From: a virus
Taxonomy: Duplodnaviria; Caudoviricetes
Direction: 5' to 3' (one strand)
Virus record (IMG/VR): IMGVR_UViG_3300029286_001711
DNA: 64,000 nt
Below the pieces are notes generated by a model. The model made no database searches and was not told where the DNA came from. It worked only from the letters and a program-made list of their open reading frames with translations. Made by a program: the position numbers and the translations under genes. Below are positions 8,332 through 18,377 of the stretch, in pieces (positions within the stretch are counted from its first letter, which is position 1; each line of letters begins with the position of its first letter).

Positions 8332-10266
8332 TTAAAATTCTTCTTCATCTTCTTTATCTTCATCACCGATTAGGTTTTTTATACCTTCAGTCATCATCAT
8401 AATATCTTCGTTTTTACGTCTACCTTCTAATAAAAGTTTATCAATTATGTTCTTATCCTGATTACGGAAACCCTCTCCGAATCCACCTGTTTCAGGTGTT
8501 CCAGCCTCAGGACCACCAACCTCTTCTCCGCCTAGACCAGCATCTTCTCCACCTAAACCAGCATCTTCTCCACCTAAACCAGCATCTTCATCTCCACCAA
8601 AATCGAGACCACCGCCTCCACCTCCGCCGAAACCTCCACCACCTAAATCCATTCCACCTTCATCTCCACCACCTTCTTCGGTACCAGCTGTTGCTTGTTC
8701 ACCACCACCAATTTCACCGTAAAGACTATCAACTCTATTAAAGAATCCAGTCTTTTTAATTATAGACGCGGTATTCTCTAATTCAGCTGATGCGGCCCTT
8801 TCCATTCTTTGTTGTTCAAGGTCAGTTTTAATATCCTCATCAGTCCAGTTAAAGATGTTTTTCTTCGCCCAAGTATGTGATGATGGAGCAATACCACCAT
8901 CAACTTGTGAAACTAAATCTTTATAAAGTAAAACTTTTTCTTTCCATTGTTCTACTTTCAACATCTCACCTTGAGTAGATGGGTTGGTTAGATTTAAAGT
9001 GAAATTATTTAAATCATCTGTAAAACCTAAAATATATAAATGAATAATAGCTAATTTATTCAATTCCTGAATCATTGATTGTTGAATACGGTTAATAGTT
9101 CTAGCAAAACGTATATCTAACAAGGCTAAATTTTTTCCGTCACCAGCTGCCTCATCAAAACCTAAGAATGGTTTTGGTACTCTAAGAGCTGTTAATAACT
9201 TTTTCTGAATATATTCAATGTCAGCAATTTGGTCCAAATTACTGGCACCCGCCAACGTTTCAATTGGGTTTGGTGCGTTTGGATCTCTAACGGGAACAAA
9301 ATAATCTTGGTCGACTGCTAACGTATTATAACGTAAATCAACCTGACCAGTTTTTTGGTCTACAACCTGATTTCTTTTGAATTTATTAGCTACTTTTTGT
9401 ACGTAAGCATCAACGTCTTTATCATCAATGTTACCCACATATATTTTAAATACACGTCTTTCTGGTGCTCTTACAACACGATAAACTAACATTGCATCTT
9501 CAGAAAGTAATAATTGTTTCCAAATTCTTCTTGCTTTCTCTAAAACGGAAGTACCGTACGGTAATCTTCTATCATCACCCAATAATCTAAAATGGGCAAC
9601 TTCCCATGGGTTAAAATCTAAACTTTTATCACGCCAGTGGAAGGTTACTTGTTTTTTCTTAGTTGTAGCTCCATCACTTTCTTTAGTTTGTTGTGGAAAC
9701 ATACCTTCTTCCTTACGTTCCATCTCAATATTAGTTAACTGAGATGAACCGATAATACCTCTAGAGTGGTCAATTTTTAAGAATACAAAATTATCACCAT
9801 ACTTACACGTATTACGAGTCCACATTGGTAAGTTAGTTTGAATATCTATAATATTATAAAATAAATCTTCTAATACGTTTTTAACTCTTTTTGAATTTGA
9901 TTGAATAGTTAAAACCTTCCCTTGTTCACTTGGTGTACAAGATTCTTCGGACATAATATCTAAAGCGGCAGCTATTTCTGGTGTAAATTCCATTGCCTCA
10001 TAATCCATATATGACGCAATTCTTGATGTTTCGTAATAGACGGCTTTTTGGTACAATTCACTATCAACCCTAGCCCATTGAGCTTCAAGATAGTTTTGTT
10101 GTTGTCCTTCTAATTTTTCCTTTTCATACTGTTGCTTAGAGTTAGTGGTGATTACATCACCGTCACCTAAAGTGTATTTAGGGGTTGTTCTTTGAACTGG
10201 TTTGTTTTGTCCAAACAAGTAGAAGAGTTTTTGATATACTGTTAAATCTTTATTATTATCTGCCAT
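8332..10266 (-). CDS. Portal protein (T4 gp20-like)
   Basis: PEIAAALDI, YGDNF, HFRL, EDAMLVYRVVRAPERRVFKIYVGN, QDYFVPVR, IETLAG, KLLTALRVPK. Confidence 0.93.
   Translation of the reverse strand: MADNNKDLTVYQKLFYLFGQNKPVQRTTPKYTLGDGDVITTNSKQQYEKEKLEGQQQNYLEAQWARVDSELYQKAVYYETSRIASYMDYEAMEFTPEIAAALDIMSEESCTPSEQGKVLTIQSNSKRVKNVLEDLFYNIIDIQTNLPMWTRNTCKYGDNFVFLKIDHSRGIIGSSQLTNIEMERKEEGMFPQQTKESDGATTKKKQVTFHWRDKSLDFNPWEVAHFRLLGDDRRLPYGTSVLEKARRIWKQLLLSEDAMLVYRVVRAPERRVFKIYVGNIDDKDVDAYVQKVANKFKRNQVVDQKTGQVDLRYNTLAVDQDYFVPVRDPNAPNPIETLAGASNLDQIADIEYIQKKLLTALRVPKPFLGFDEAAGDGKNLALLDIRFARTINRIQQSMIQELNKLAIIHLYILGFTDDLNNFTLNLTNPSTQGEMLKVEQWKEKVLLYKDLVSQVDGGIAPSSHTWAKKNIFNWTDEDIKTDLEQQRMERAASAELENTASIIKKTGFFNRVDSLYGEIGGGEQATAGTEEGGGDEGGMDLGGGGFGGGGGGGLDFGGDEDAGLGGEDAGLGGEDAGLGGEEVGGPEAGTPETGGFGEGFRNQDKNIIDKLLLEGRRKNEDIMMMTEGIKNLIGDEDKEDEEEF
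8537..8590 (-). repeat. 21-nt tandem repeat encoding LGG(E/D)EDAG-like units in the portal tail
   Basis: ACCAGCATCTTCTCCACCTAA repeated about 3 times. Confidence 0.85.
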
Positions 10267-10344
10267 TAATTTTTTTTCAAAACTTTGTTATTTACACATA
10301 AATATTCAAATTTAAAGGTAAGCTAACAAACTTAAATGTGAATG

Positions 10345-10581
10345 TTATACTACATAGTCGCAGTCGACATAGGCCAAATGATCACCGTTAGTTAAAATAT
10401 TATACACATAAGTGGTAATATTATCTATGTAACCGTTACATCCTATTAGTCCTTTTTGGGTTTCACTTTTTTTTTGAAAAGGTGTTGGACTCCATTGATA
10501 ATTCATTGGACCAGCACCCCTTCTAACGTTTTTCGAATTAGGAAATGGGTTATTTTGTGATGTTCTTGTACTTTTAGCCAT
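10345..10581 (-). CDS. Hypothetical protein
   Basis: 78 aa between terminase and portal. Confidence 0.5.
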   Translation of the reverse strand: MAKSTRTSQNNPFPNSKNVRRGAGPMNYQWSPTPFQKKSETQKGLIGCNGYIDNITTYVYNILTNGDHLAYVDCDYVV

Positions 10582-10584
10582 TTA

Positions 10585-12408
10585 TTATTTTCTTACTATT
10601 TTTTTATTTTTTTCTTTATCCTTAAACCCACTAAGTCCCATAAAAACCCAGTTATGTTCTGATGTTGCTGTTTGAACGTGTCTAGCAAGTTCACCACTGT
10701 TTAAAAGACCGTTATATTCGGTTGTATTTAACTGACCTATAGATTCACTAGTTGTAGTTGATACAACCCAAGAGTCTAACATTGCTTTAGCTTGACCCTT
10801 ACTTTTTTCTAAATCCTTAAAAGAAGTTTGACTAACGAAACAACACATCGCAATGCCCATTAAAAGGTCATCATGATACCCTTTCATATGGTCTGGTCTT
10901 CCGTTTTTAAATACGAAAGTATCCATCTCAGCAAGTGCTCTAATAGACCTAACTTTAAATGAATCTAAACGAACAGCCTCCTCAAGTTTGGTTATGATTG
11001 TATTTCTATTTTTTTGGAAGTTAAGACCTGGTAATTTACCATCTCTCATATGTTTTTCCAATGTCTTATTGTTTGTTACTGAATCAATACCTATTACCAC
11101 ATCGTAGTACATTTTTTTTGATGAGTAACCAAGTTCAATCATTTTTAACACCGATGAAACACCGTAACCACCAGTGATATCGACAACAACAAAGGCTTCA
11201 TACCTGTTACCATACTCTGTGGCAATCTCACCTAAAATATCTGGTGCAATTTTACCGTGATATTCAGCAACCTGATGTCCTGTTGTAAAATCCATAATAC
11301 AGATAGTACCAAAGTCATCTGCAGAACCCGACGCAGCATCAACAGCCATAATATATTCATGACCGAGAATTGGATCTTCCCAAATCCACATACCATTATC
11401 CAACCATTCAGTTCTGATAGGGTCTTTAACGTTATTTTTTCTGTGGTAATCAATATATTTGTGGTTGATAACGTTGTCACCTGAACCGTTAAATGCACAC
11501 AATAGTTCTTGTGCAATCATTCTGGCGTTGTTATTTAACTGACCACACATCATCTCAAACCAAGGTGATGTTGGTGTCCAACCTTCATTTTCTAATCGTT
11601 CAAATTGAGTGAAATCCATCTCAACCATCTCATCAATAACCTCATCAGCCTCATTCTTTTTCTGCCATTTCATACCTTTGTTATAACGAGGATCTTGAAA
11701 CCATCTCATTTCAACAATATTAAATGGGTTATTGGTTTTTTCTTTTGTTGTGGCCGCCATATACGTTTTATAGTATAAAGGATCCATACCATTTGGTGTA
11801 CTAATTAAAATCGCCCTACCACCTGTAGAAAGGGCTGGTTGAGCTGCGGAGTAAACTTCTTCACCTCCTTCAATGTAAGCTGCCTCATCCATCACAAGTA
11901 GTGTTGGTGTGTAACCACGTAAGGCATCCATTGAAGTAGCTACGGCTTTTACCTCAGAACCGTTCTTTAATCTATAATGTTTTTGTGAATTTTTTTCTAC
12001 ATCAAACCAAGAGGTATCGTTACCAGTTGCCCACACATTCATCCAGTCGGGAAGTTGAGCGGTAAAATCTTTAACTTTTTTAAGGAATTCAATAGCTGTT
12101 TCTTGTTTGTTTGCCAAAATAAGTACCCTTTGTGGGTTATTTGGGTCAGCTAAAGCCGTCATAACGGCGATATAAGCCGCAGTTGTGGTTGATACACCCG
12201 CCTGACGTGGTTTCATCACAATATTAAAACGATTGTCTTTATACGCCTTAATTAATTCTTTCTGTTTAGGGAATAATTTGAAATTAACGAAACTCTTTTG
12301 TGTTTGGTCAAATGTTGTAAGGTAACCCTCAATTGCGTGAGCAGGATCTTTAATACATTTACCTATCTCTAGAAGTTTCTGACCCTTATTTTGTGGAATT
12401 GTAGACAT
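10585..12408 (-). CDS. terL: Terminase large subunit
   Basis: KPRQAGVST (Walker A region), LVMDEAA (Walker B), ISTPNG, nuclease AVDAASG...DD, HDDLLM. Confidence 0.93.
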   Translation of the reverse strand: MSTIPQNKGQKLLEIGKCIKDPAHAIEGYLTTFDQTQKSFVNFKLFPKQKELIKAYKDNRFNIVMKPRQAGVSTTTAAYIAVMTALADPNNPQRVLILANKQETAIEFLKKVKDFTAQLPDWMNVWATGNDTSWFDVEKNSQKHYRLKNGSEVKAVATSMDALRGYTPTLLVMDEAAYIEGGEEVYSAAQPALSTGGRAILISTPNGMDPLYYKTYMAATTKEKTNNPFNIVEMRWFQDPRYNKGMKWQKKNEADEVIDEMVEMDFTQFERLENEGWTPTSPWFEMMCGQLNNNARMIAQELLCAFNGSGDNVINHKYIDYHRKNNVKDPIRTEWLDNGMWIWEDPILGHEYIMAVDAASGSADDFGTICIMDFTTGHQVAEYHGKIAPDILGEIATEYGNRYEAFVVVDITGGYGVSSVLKMIELGYSSKKMYYDVVIGIDSVTNNKTLEKHMRDGKLPGLNFQKNRNTIITKLEEAVRLDSFKVRSIRALAEMDTFVFKNGRPDHMKGYHDDLLMGIAMCCFVSQTSFKDLEKSKGQAKAMLDSWVVSTTTSESIGQLNTTEYNGLLNSGELARHVQTATSEHNWVFMGLSGFKDKEKNKKIVRK

Positions 12409-12467
12409 AAAAATGGTGTTCCTTTATTATATAAATATTAAGAAACATCATTTAATTCTATCAGCAA

Positions 12468-12500
12468 TAAAAAACCCATCTGGAGCGAACAGATGGGTTT
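12468..12500 (-). terminator. Intrinsic terminator
   Basis: AAACCCATCTG/CAGATGGGTTT 11-bp stem with a U-tract on the minus strand. Confidence 0.8.
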
Positions 12501-12555
12501 AATTGGGAGCTTTCATCCCACATAACTACCGCGGTCCTAAATCGTGGTAATATTT

Positions 12556-14268
12556 TTAGTACTTTCTATTTAAAATATCTGTTAGACCTCTAACAGAATC
12601 AAAATCACCAGCATCAAGAGCTTGGTCGATAGCGTCTGTTAATTCTTCTTCAGACCAATTTTCTGGGTCATTATCTTCATCTTCACCGTCTTCAGATTCT
12701 GGTTCATCTTTTCCACCTAGAAGACCTTTTAATAGTTCGTCTTCATCTTCATCCTCTGGACCTTCTGGACCTTCTGGATTTTCTCCACCACCTTGGTCAC
12801 TAAATTGACCTAAAGCTGAATCAACATCATAGTCGTTTTGTTCTTTACGAACATCATCAGCCATTTCTCTAACGGCTCTTTTAGCTTCTTCAGAATCATT
12901 TAATAAACCCTGTACTATGCCGTTAAATTCAGCTGGTGGTAACGTTGATAATCTATTGAAAATATGGCTCTTGTATGGTAAATCGTCAGCGTTAAGTGAC
13001 TCCATAAATTTCTCCCAAATTTTTGGCCCTAGTCTAATATCCCAAGGTTCTGATTCAAGATTATCTGTTTTATCTAAAACGTAATCTCTAGTTTCTTTAT
13101 CGGCGTCAAGACCATGTAATGACATTAATTCTAACACACCTTTAGTAAGTTCGTGTAATAGGAACGGGAATGTCATACCTTGTGCGATGATTTTAGGTTT
13201 TGGACCTGAAAGGTCGACTCTAACCTGACCCGCGTGGGTACCATGTTCACTTTCTTGTGCGATTGTATCGTCATTCATAGCCCAATACATGAAATCATTA
13301 CCAGCCATAATTTTACTGTAATTATTAGCTAGATTTGGGTCTATTCTATTTAATTCATCTTGTGCTAAGTGATACATGTATTGTCCCTTACGAGCTGCAC
13401 CATGCATCATAGCGTTCATTAACCTACGTTTTGTAACGTTAGGTTTAAGTTCTTCTTCAGATTTTCCTTGAGGTGGTCTTTTATTACCCTTCTTCATTTT
13501 TAAACCTGTTTTATGTATAGGGTTTTGACCCATAATTCTAACTTCAAAATCTACCGCATCCTCTGGGATGTCATACTCTGAACGAACCAACTCTACAGCC
13601 AATCTTTCAAGTTCTGCTCTGTGTCTATCCTCTATTGGTAGAACATTTGTTAATCCTTGAAATAATGTTCTCTGTGCAGAATCAAGATTTACTTGACCAC
13701 GCCCTCCCATTTTAGCTTGAAGATTTGCCTTAACATCATTGACGATGTTGTCAGCCATTCTTTTCACTGTTTCTGGGTCTAAATGTTTTGCATAGTCATT
13801 TTCACCACTGTCAATCTTATTCTTTAAATCATCGTTCATGTCTTCTTTTAATAATCGGTTAAAAATATTTTCAATTAATTCTCTTTTTTTCATCCTAGCT
13901 GGTTCGTTAGATTCAACCATTCTAAGAATTTGTTCTTTAGTTAAATTACCTATTTGTTTGGTAACGTCATCAATTTGTTTGTCAACGTTTTTCATTTCTT
14001 CTCTATTAGCTCTAGCCTCTTCAGTATTCTTTTGAGAAGCGTTGGTATTCATTTGTTGGTCATACCTTTTTGCTCTATCAGTCATACCTGAAGGTAACGA
14101 CGCTAATTTCTTAGCGTTATCAGCCATGGATTGTGATTTTTTCACACCATTTTGGGTTCCCTCTTTCTCTTTAGTTAAATTTTGTAATTTAAGTTCTAAC
14201 TGTTTTTGTTGGTCTAGACCACTTGTGTCTTCCTCATTTACAAATTTACTAATTTTTTTATTAGTCAT
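12556..14268 (-). CDS. Hypothetical protein, putative virion/head protein
   Basis: 570 aa; VNE/LLKE motifs, acidic tail; in operon behind ATATTTAT at 17558-17565. Confidence 0.6.
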   Translation of the reverse strand: MTNKKISKFVNEEDTSGLDQQKQLELKLQNLTKEKEGTQNGVKKSQSMADNAKKLASLPSGMTDRAKRYDQQMNTNASQKNTEEARANREEMKNVDKQIDDVTKQIGNLTKEQILRMVESNEPARMKKRELIENIFNRLLKEDMNDDLKNKIDSGENDYAKHLDPETVKRMADNIVNDVKANLQAKMGGRGQVNLDSAQRTLFQGLTNVLPIEDRHRAELERLAVELVRSEYDIPEDAVDFEVRIMGQNPIHKTGLKMKKGNKRPPQGKSEEELKPNVTKRRLMNAMMHGAARKGQYMYHLAQDELNRIDPNLANNYSKIMAGNDFMYWAMNDDTIAQESEHGTHAGQVRVDLSGPKPKIIAQGMTFPFLLHELTKGVLELMSLHGLDADKETRDYVLDKTDNLESEPWDIRLGPKIWEKFMESLNADDLPYKSHIFNRLSTLPPAEFNGIVQGLLNDSEEAKRAVREMADDVRKEQNDYDVDSALGQFSDQGGGENPEGPEGPEDEDEDELLKGLLGGKDEPESEDGEDEDNDPENWSEEELTDAIDQALDAGDFDSVRGLTDILNRKY

Positions 14269-14269
14269 T

Positions 14270-14689
14270 TTAATTTTTCACTTTAGTTTCATTATAATTT
14301 AGGACTAAGTCCATCGAATATAATTTATTTTCTATTGACTCTTTTGATTCACCGAATCTAAAAACAATCCTTTCTTCTGGGTAATCTTCATCACTATCTT
14401 CCAATTTCTCCCAACCTAAAGCTATAATACCTTCAACAGCGTTATAAATTTGAAATACTCCAGAGTTTTGGACTAATTCTAAGTCTAAATCTTCAGTCTT
14501 CAAGTTACCTACAAGTTTAATGTAATTAGGTTCAGGAGTCAAATCATTCTTATCTGTAACAACAGAAGATTCATACCAACTTTCATCCCAATCCCAATCA
14601 GTTCTATCCGAAAAGAGGAACTCAAAAATGTGTTCCCCTTTGTGGTTTGTACCAATTTTATTAATATATATTAGGAATAACTCTTTCAT
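14270..14689 (-). CDS. Hypothetical protein
   Basis: 139 aa coupled ORF. Confidence 0.6.
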   Translation of the reverse strand: MKELFLIYINKIGTNHKGEHIFEFLFSDRTDWDWDESWYESSVVTDKNDLTPEPNYIKLVGNLKTEDLDLELVQNSGVFQIYNAVEGIIALGWEKLEDSDEDYPEERIVFRFGESKESIENKLYSMDLVLNYNETKVKN

Positions 14690-14691
14690 TA

Positions 14692-17232
14692 CTAATCTCT
14701 ACGTTTTTTATTACGTAACATTCTGAAATCTTCAGAATCCAAATCACCACTATCATTCATATCCAATTTATATTGGTTACCAACAAGTTTACCCTTTTTT
14801 CTAGCTTTCGGAGAAGGTTCTTCACCTGGCGTAATGTACGGCGGTGGTGTAAACGGTCTCTTAGACGGGTTTGGTCTGTCAGTATCTGGTTTTCCAGGTT
14901 TTGTTGTTGGAGCCGGTGTTGTACTTGGTTTTGATGGTGCTGTCTTTGGACTCATAGGGTTAAATCTTCTATTGTTTAATGGTAAATTATCGTCATTATC
15001 TGACATATAATCAAGGCCATTTCTTTCTCTATAGTTGTATTTAAAATCCCCATTATTATTAATATTAGTTATATCACGATTAACATCACCACTAACCCTA
15101 CCAGTACCAGCACATGCTATACAAGTATTTGGTCTAGTGCTGAATCCGATTTTTTTCTCTTGGCCAGTACCGTTACATATTGGACAAGTATCGTCATCTT
15201 CCATATAACCCATACTCTCGTTTGAACCATAATCATCTGCCATATAGTCCATATAATCCTCTTCAAACTCATCTTCATATTCTGCCTTTGGAGAAGGTTC
15301 TTCACCTGGCGTAATATATGGTGGAGGTGTAAAAGGACGTTTACTAGGGTTAGGTCTATCTGTATCTGGCTTTCCTGGTTTTGTTGTTGGAGCTGGAGTT
15401 GTGCTTGGTTTTGATGGTGCTGTTTTTGGCATCATACTTGGGACGTTATCGATATCCATCATATAGTCCGACATAAAATCTGTTTTAGATTTCACATACT
15501 CAACCATTTTACCTATCTCATCAAAATTAAAATATTTTTTCTTAGAACCACCTTTTTCAACAGTAAAATTATTACGGTCAATACGAATAAAATAGTTATC
15601 ACCTACAAGATGATCATCATCAATATCAACATCACCACCTAATTTACCTTTAACATAACGTAAAAGTTTGTCAACGTGACCTTCATCGTATCCACCCTTC
15701 ATTTTATTAACGGTTCCTTGAATGTTCATGTAATCTGTCATGTTATCAATATCTTCAACACCATCAGCGGTATAATTACCGTATAAATCTTCATCCCTAT
15801 CGTCCATATAATCTTTATTAACTTCACTATACGGGTAGGTATCATCAGACATCCAATCTTCTTCAAAATCAGGATAACCGCTTGTTTCGGTTTCATATTC
15901 ATCATAAGGTAATTCCTCATCAAAAAGTAATTGACCATCGATGTCTTCATCACCACCGATATTTGGGTTGTCTTCTCTCATCCAATCAGTCATGAAATCC
16001 TCATCTGGGTCATCATAGTCTAAACCAGAATTACCAACATAAACCTCTTCATCAACGTCAACCTCTTCTGGCGAAAACATCATATACTGATTTTCACCAG
16101 TTCTTCTATAAGAATTATCTTCATCATCAACGTTATAATTATTGGTCTCCCAATCCATCATAGGTTTTTCATTATCACCAGGATAAACATCAACATCAAC
16201 ATCTCCACCACCATAAGTTGTAGAAACAAGACCTTGTTTTTCTTCGTCAGATAAACTATTCCAATCTAAAGTTGTGTCATCAGTAACACCAGTGCCACCA
16301 CAATTTACACAACCTTCCATTTCGTCATCATAACCACTTCCTTGACAACCTGGACAATCATCGTCACCCATGTAATCCTTATCAGTTTCACCATATAAAT
16401 CACTAGCAGTTAATATATTAGATGACCCACTATCGTCACCCATGAAATCAAATTCCTCATCGGAACCTTCATCTTCTTTTTTCTTAACCGCACGAATAAT
16501 ATCTTTTTTATCTTCACTATCCATAGATTCTAAATCTAAGGCTGAAATAATACTCTTAGCAACCCACTTCATTGTATCTGAAGATAAGTCTTCAGTGTCT
16601 CTAATTTTCTGACCTAATTTACCAGTCATTTTTTGAATACTTTTAATAGGATCATCTTCATCACTTAAGTCTTCATCACCTAAAGTCATATTCTCATCTG
16701 AATCACCTTTTCCAAAATCAAAATCAGGGGCCTTATCTTCACCAGTATCACCGAAATCAAAATCAGGAGCCTTATCTTCACCAGTGTTTCCAAAATCAAA
16801 ATCAGGAGCCTTATCTTCACCAGTGTTTCCAAAATCAAAATCAGGGGTTGAAGATGGTTCAGATTTCTTTTTCGATTTAAGAACAAATCTCTTTTCCTCG
16901 ATTATATCTGAAGAAAGGATATCAGTACCTTTTTCTACGTTGAAAGTTTTGTTTAAATCTTCAAACATAAAATTAAGTTCTCTTACCGCTTCTTCATATG
17001 AATGGTATTGGTATTTTGGTTTATTAGCGACACCGCCGATAAAATCAAAATTCTTACCATCATTAGATTCTTTAATGAAATATTTTCTATTTTCTCTTAC
17101 AATACCGTAAGCTTTCCCATCTGGTGATTTTTTCACCAATTCTACGGCTGAATTTGATATACTCTCATTAACAGGTGTTTTACCCATCAATTCTCTCATT
17201 CGTTGTAAGTTTTTATTTGTTAGATTACTCAT
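14692..17232 (-). CDS. Very acidic repeat-rich protein with two CxxCxGxG zinc-ribbon pairs
   Basis: CPGCQGSG...CVNCGGTG and CPICNGTG...CIACAGTG; PDFDFG repeats; duplicated Pro-rich segment. Confidence 0.7.
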   Translation of the reverse strand: MSNLTNKNLQRMRELMGKTPVNESISNSAVELVKKSPDGKAYGIVRENRKYFIKESNDGKNFDFIGGVANKPKYQYHSYEEAVRELNFMFEDLNKTFNVEKGTDILSSDIIEEKRFVLKSKKKSEPSSTPDFDFGNTGEDKAPDFDFGNTGEDKAPDFDFGDTGEDKAPDFDFGKGDSDENMTLGDEDLSDEDDPIKSIQKMTGKLGQKIRDTEDLSSDTMKWVAKSIISALDLESMDSEDKKDIIRAVKKKEDEGSDEEFDFMGDDSGSSNILTASDLYGETDKDYMGDDDCPGCQGSGYDDEMEGCVNCGGTGVTDDTTLDWNSLSDEEKQGLVSTTYGGGDVDVDVYPGDNEKPMMDWETNNYNVDDEDNSYRRTGENQYMMFSPEEVDVDEEVYVGNSGLDYDDPDEDFMTDWMREDNPNIGGDEDIDGQLLFDEELPYDEYETETSGYPDFEEDWMSDDTYPYSEVNKDYMDDRDEDLYGNYTADGVEDIDNMTDYMNIQGTVNKMKGGYDEGHVDKLLRYVKGKLGGDVDIDDDHLVGDNYFIRIDRNNFTVEKGGSKKKYFNFDEIGKMVEYVKSKTDFMSDYMMDIDNVPSMMPKTAPSKPSTTPAPTTKPGKPDTDRPNPSKRPFTPPPYITPGEEPSPKAEYEDEFEEDYMDYMADDYGSNESMGYMEDDDTCPICNGTGQEKKIGFSTRPNTCIACAGTGRVSGDVNRDITNINNNGDFKYNYRERNGLDYMSDNDDNLPLNNRRFNPMSPKTAPSKPSTTPAPTTKPGKPDTDRPNPSKRPFTPPPYITPGEEPSPKARKKGKLVGNQYKLDMNDSGDLDSEDFRMLRNKKRRD
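16711..16846 (-). repeat. 39-nt tandem repeat (PDFDFG(N/D)TGEDKA, about 3.5 copies)
   Basis: CAAAATCAAAATCAGG recurring with period 39. Confidence 0.9.
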
Positions 17233-17244
17233 ATTTTATAGTTT

Positions 17245-17541
17245 TTATTTAATTGAAAATGTTCCAGTTGAATTACCTGGATCGTTTGATAATGGGTTTT
17301 CCCATACCCCTATTGATGTTCCACTAGTAGCTCCAAATCTCTTTCTTCCGATTAGAAATGCCGCACCACTAATTAAACCACCATTACTAACACCAACTGG
17401 TATTATAACTGGTGCTGCCATAGCTGGTAATATTACATCATTAATTGTTACAGCAATCCCGTTGGGGACTAAGACAGCGTGATAATCATAACTTGTATAA
17501 TTAGCTGATGCTACTGCGTGAATTACTTCTCCTGTTACCAT
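17245..17541 (-). CDS. Hypothetical protein (possible structural)
   Basis: 98 aa; ATATTTAT at 17558-17565. Confidence 0.55.
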   Translation of the reverse strand: MVTGEVIHAVASANYTSYDYHAVLVPNGIAVTINDVILPAMAAPVIIPVGVSNGGLISGAAFLIGRKRFGATSGTSIGVWENPLSNDPGNSTGTFSIK

Positions 17542-18341
17542 TTTAAAATGTTTTTATATAAATATCTGTTATGTTCCAATGTTACTGATTTATCGTAAGC
17601 AACTGTTTTAATGTCAGAAAGTCTATCTAACATACCGTTACGTCTTAAAACTTTGAATACCATGTTCTCTACTGAAAACTCACCATTAGCATCTAAACCA
17701 GCTTGACGCATTTTTTTAATTTTATCTTTAATTTTGTCAGATTTCTCAACTACAGAATCGTAATTCTTAGAATCTTTCATTTCATGAAAAAGATCATCAA
17801 TAGCATCCATAATACGTTCTGATTTTAATTTAACGTTTATGTTATCGATTTTAATTGGTTTTTTCTCTGGTTGAACTACCCATTCATTTCTTAATATAGA
17901 ATAAACACCAGTAGATACGTGTTCTTCTTTGATGTCTTGTACATATATTTCAATATCAAAGCCATAAATTTTTATATCATGAGAATCGTTCCAAGCTGTG
18001 CTTTTAGTTTTTAAAAAGTCTTGAATTAAAGTCTCATCAACGGGAACCTCTGTATAATCAATAAGGATATGTAAATCTACATCGGAGTATTTAGACCAAT
18101 TATAATTAGCCAAACTTCCTGTTAAACAAATATCTTCGATATCAACCCCAGGAAGTTCCAATCCTTCAAAATAATCATCAGCAATTTTAAGTAAGGTCTT
18201 TCTAACTTCTGGTTGTAATTTTTGGTTCTCATCCCAGATTTTTGGGTTTAAGGCATCTTGCATTTTAAAACCAGTTAAATCTATCGACCTATCACTTTTA
18301 CCGACTTTCTTTACTTCTTTTATTTTTACCTTTTCTTTCAT
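17535..18341 (-). CDS. Pol-beta-superfamily nucleotidyltransferase
   Basis: TGSLANYNWSKYSDVDLH (GS...DxD) and DIEIYVQD third acidic residue. Confidence 0.75.
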   Translation of the reverse strand: MKEKVKIKEVKKVGKSDRSIDLTGFKMQDALNPKIWDENQKLQPEVRKTLLKIADDYFEGLELPGVDIEDICLTGSLANYNWSKYSDVDLHILIDYTEVPVDETLIQDFLKTKSTAWNDSHDIKIYGFDIEIYVQDIKEEHVSTGVYSILRNEWVVQPEKKPIKIDNINVKLKSERIMDAIDDLFHEMKDSKNYDSVVEKSDKIKDKIKKMRQAGLDANGEFSVENMVFKVLRRNGMLDRLSDIKTVAYDKSVTLEHNRYLYKNILKW

Positions 18342-18348
18342 CTACATT

Positions 18349-18369
18349 ATAAATATTCATGATATTTAT
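18349..18369. promoter_or_regulatory. Divergent ATATTTAT pair
   Basis: ATAAATAT at 18349-18356 and ATATTTAT at 18362-18369 between divergent genes. Confidence 0.6.
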
Positions 18370-18377
18370 TAAAAAGA

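Noticed and set aside
12556-14268. LLHELTKG as a zinc-protease motif
   Set aside because: Second His of HExxH is absent; not called a protease
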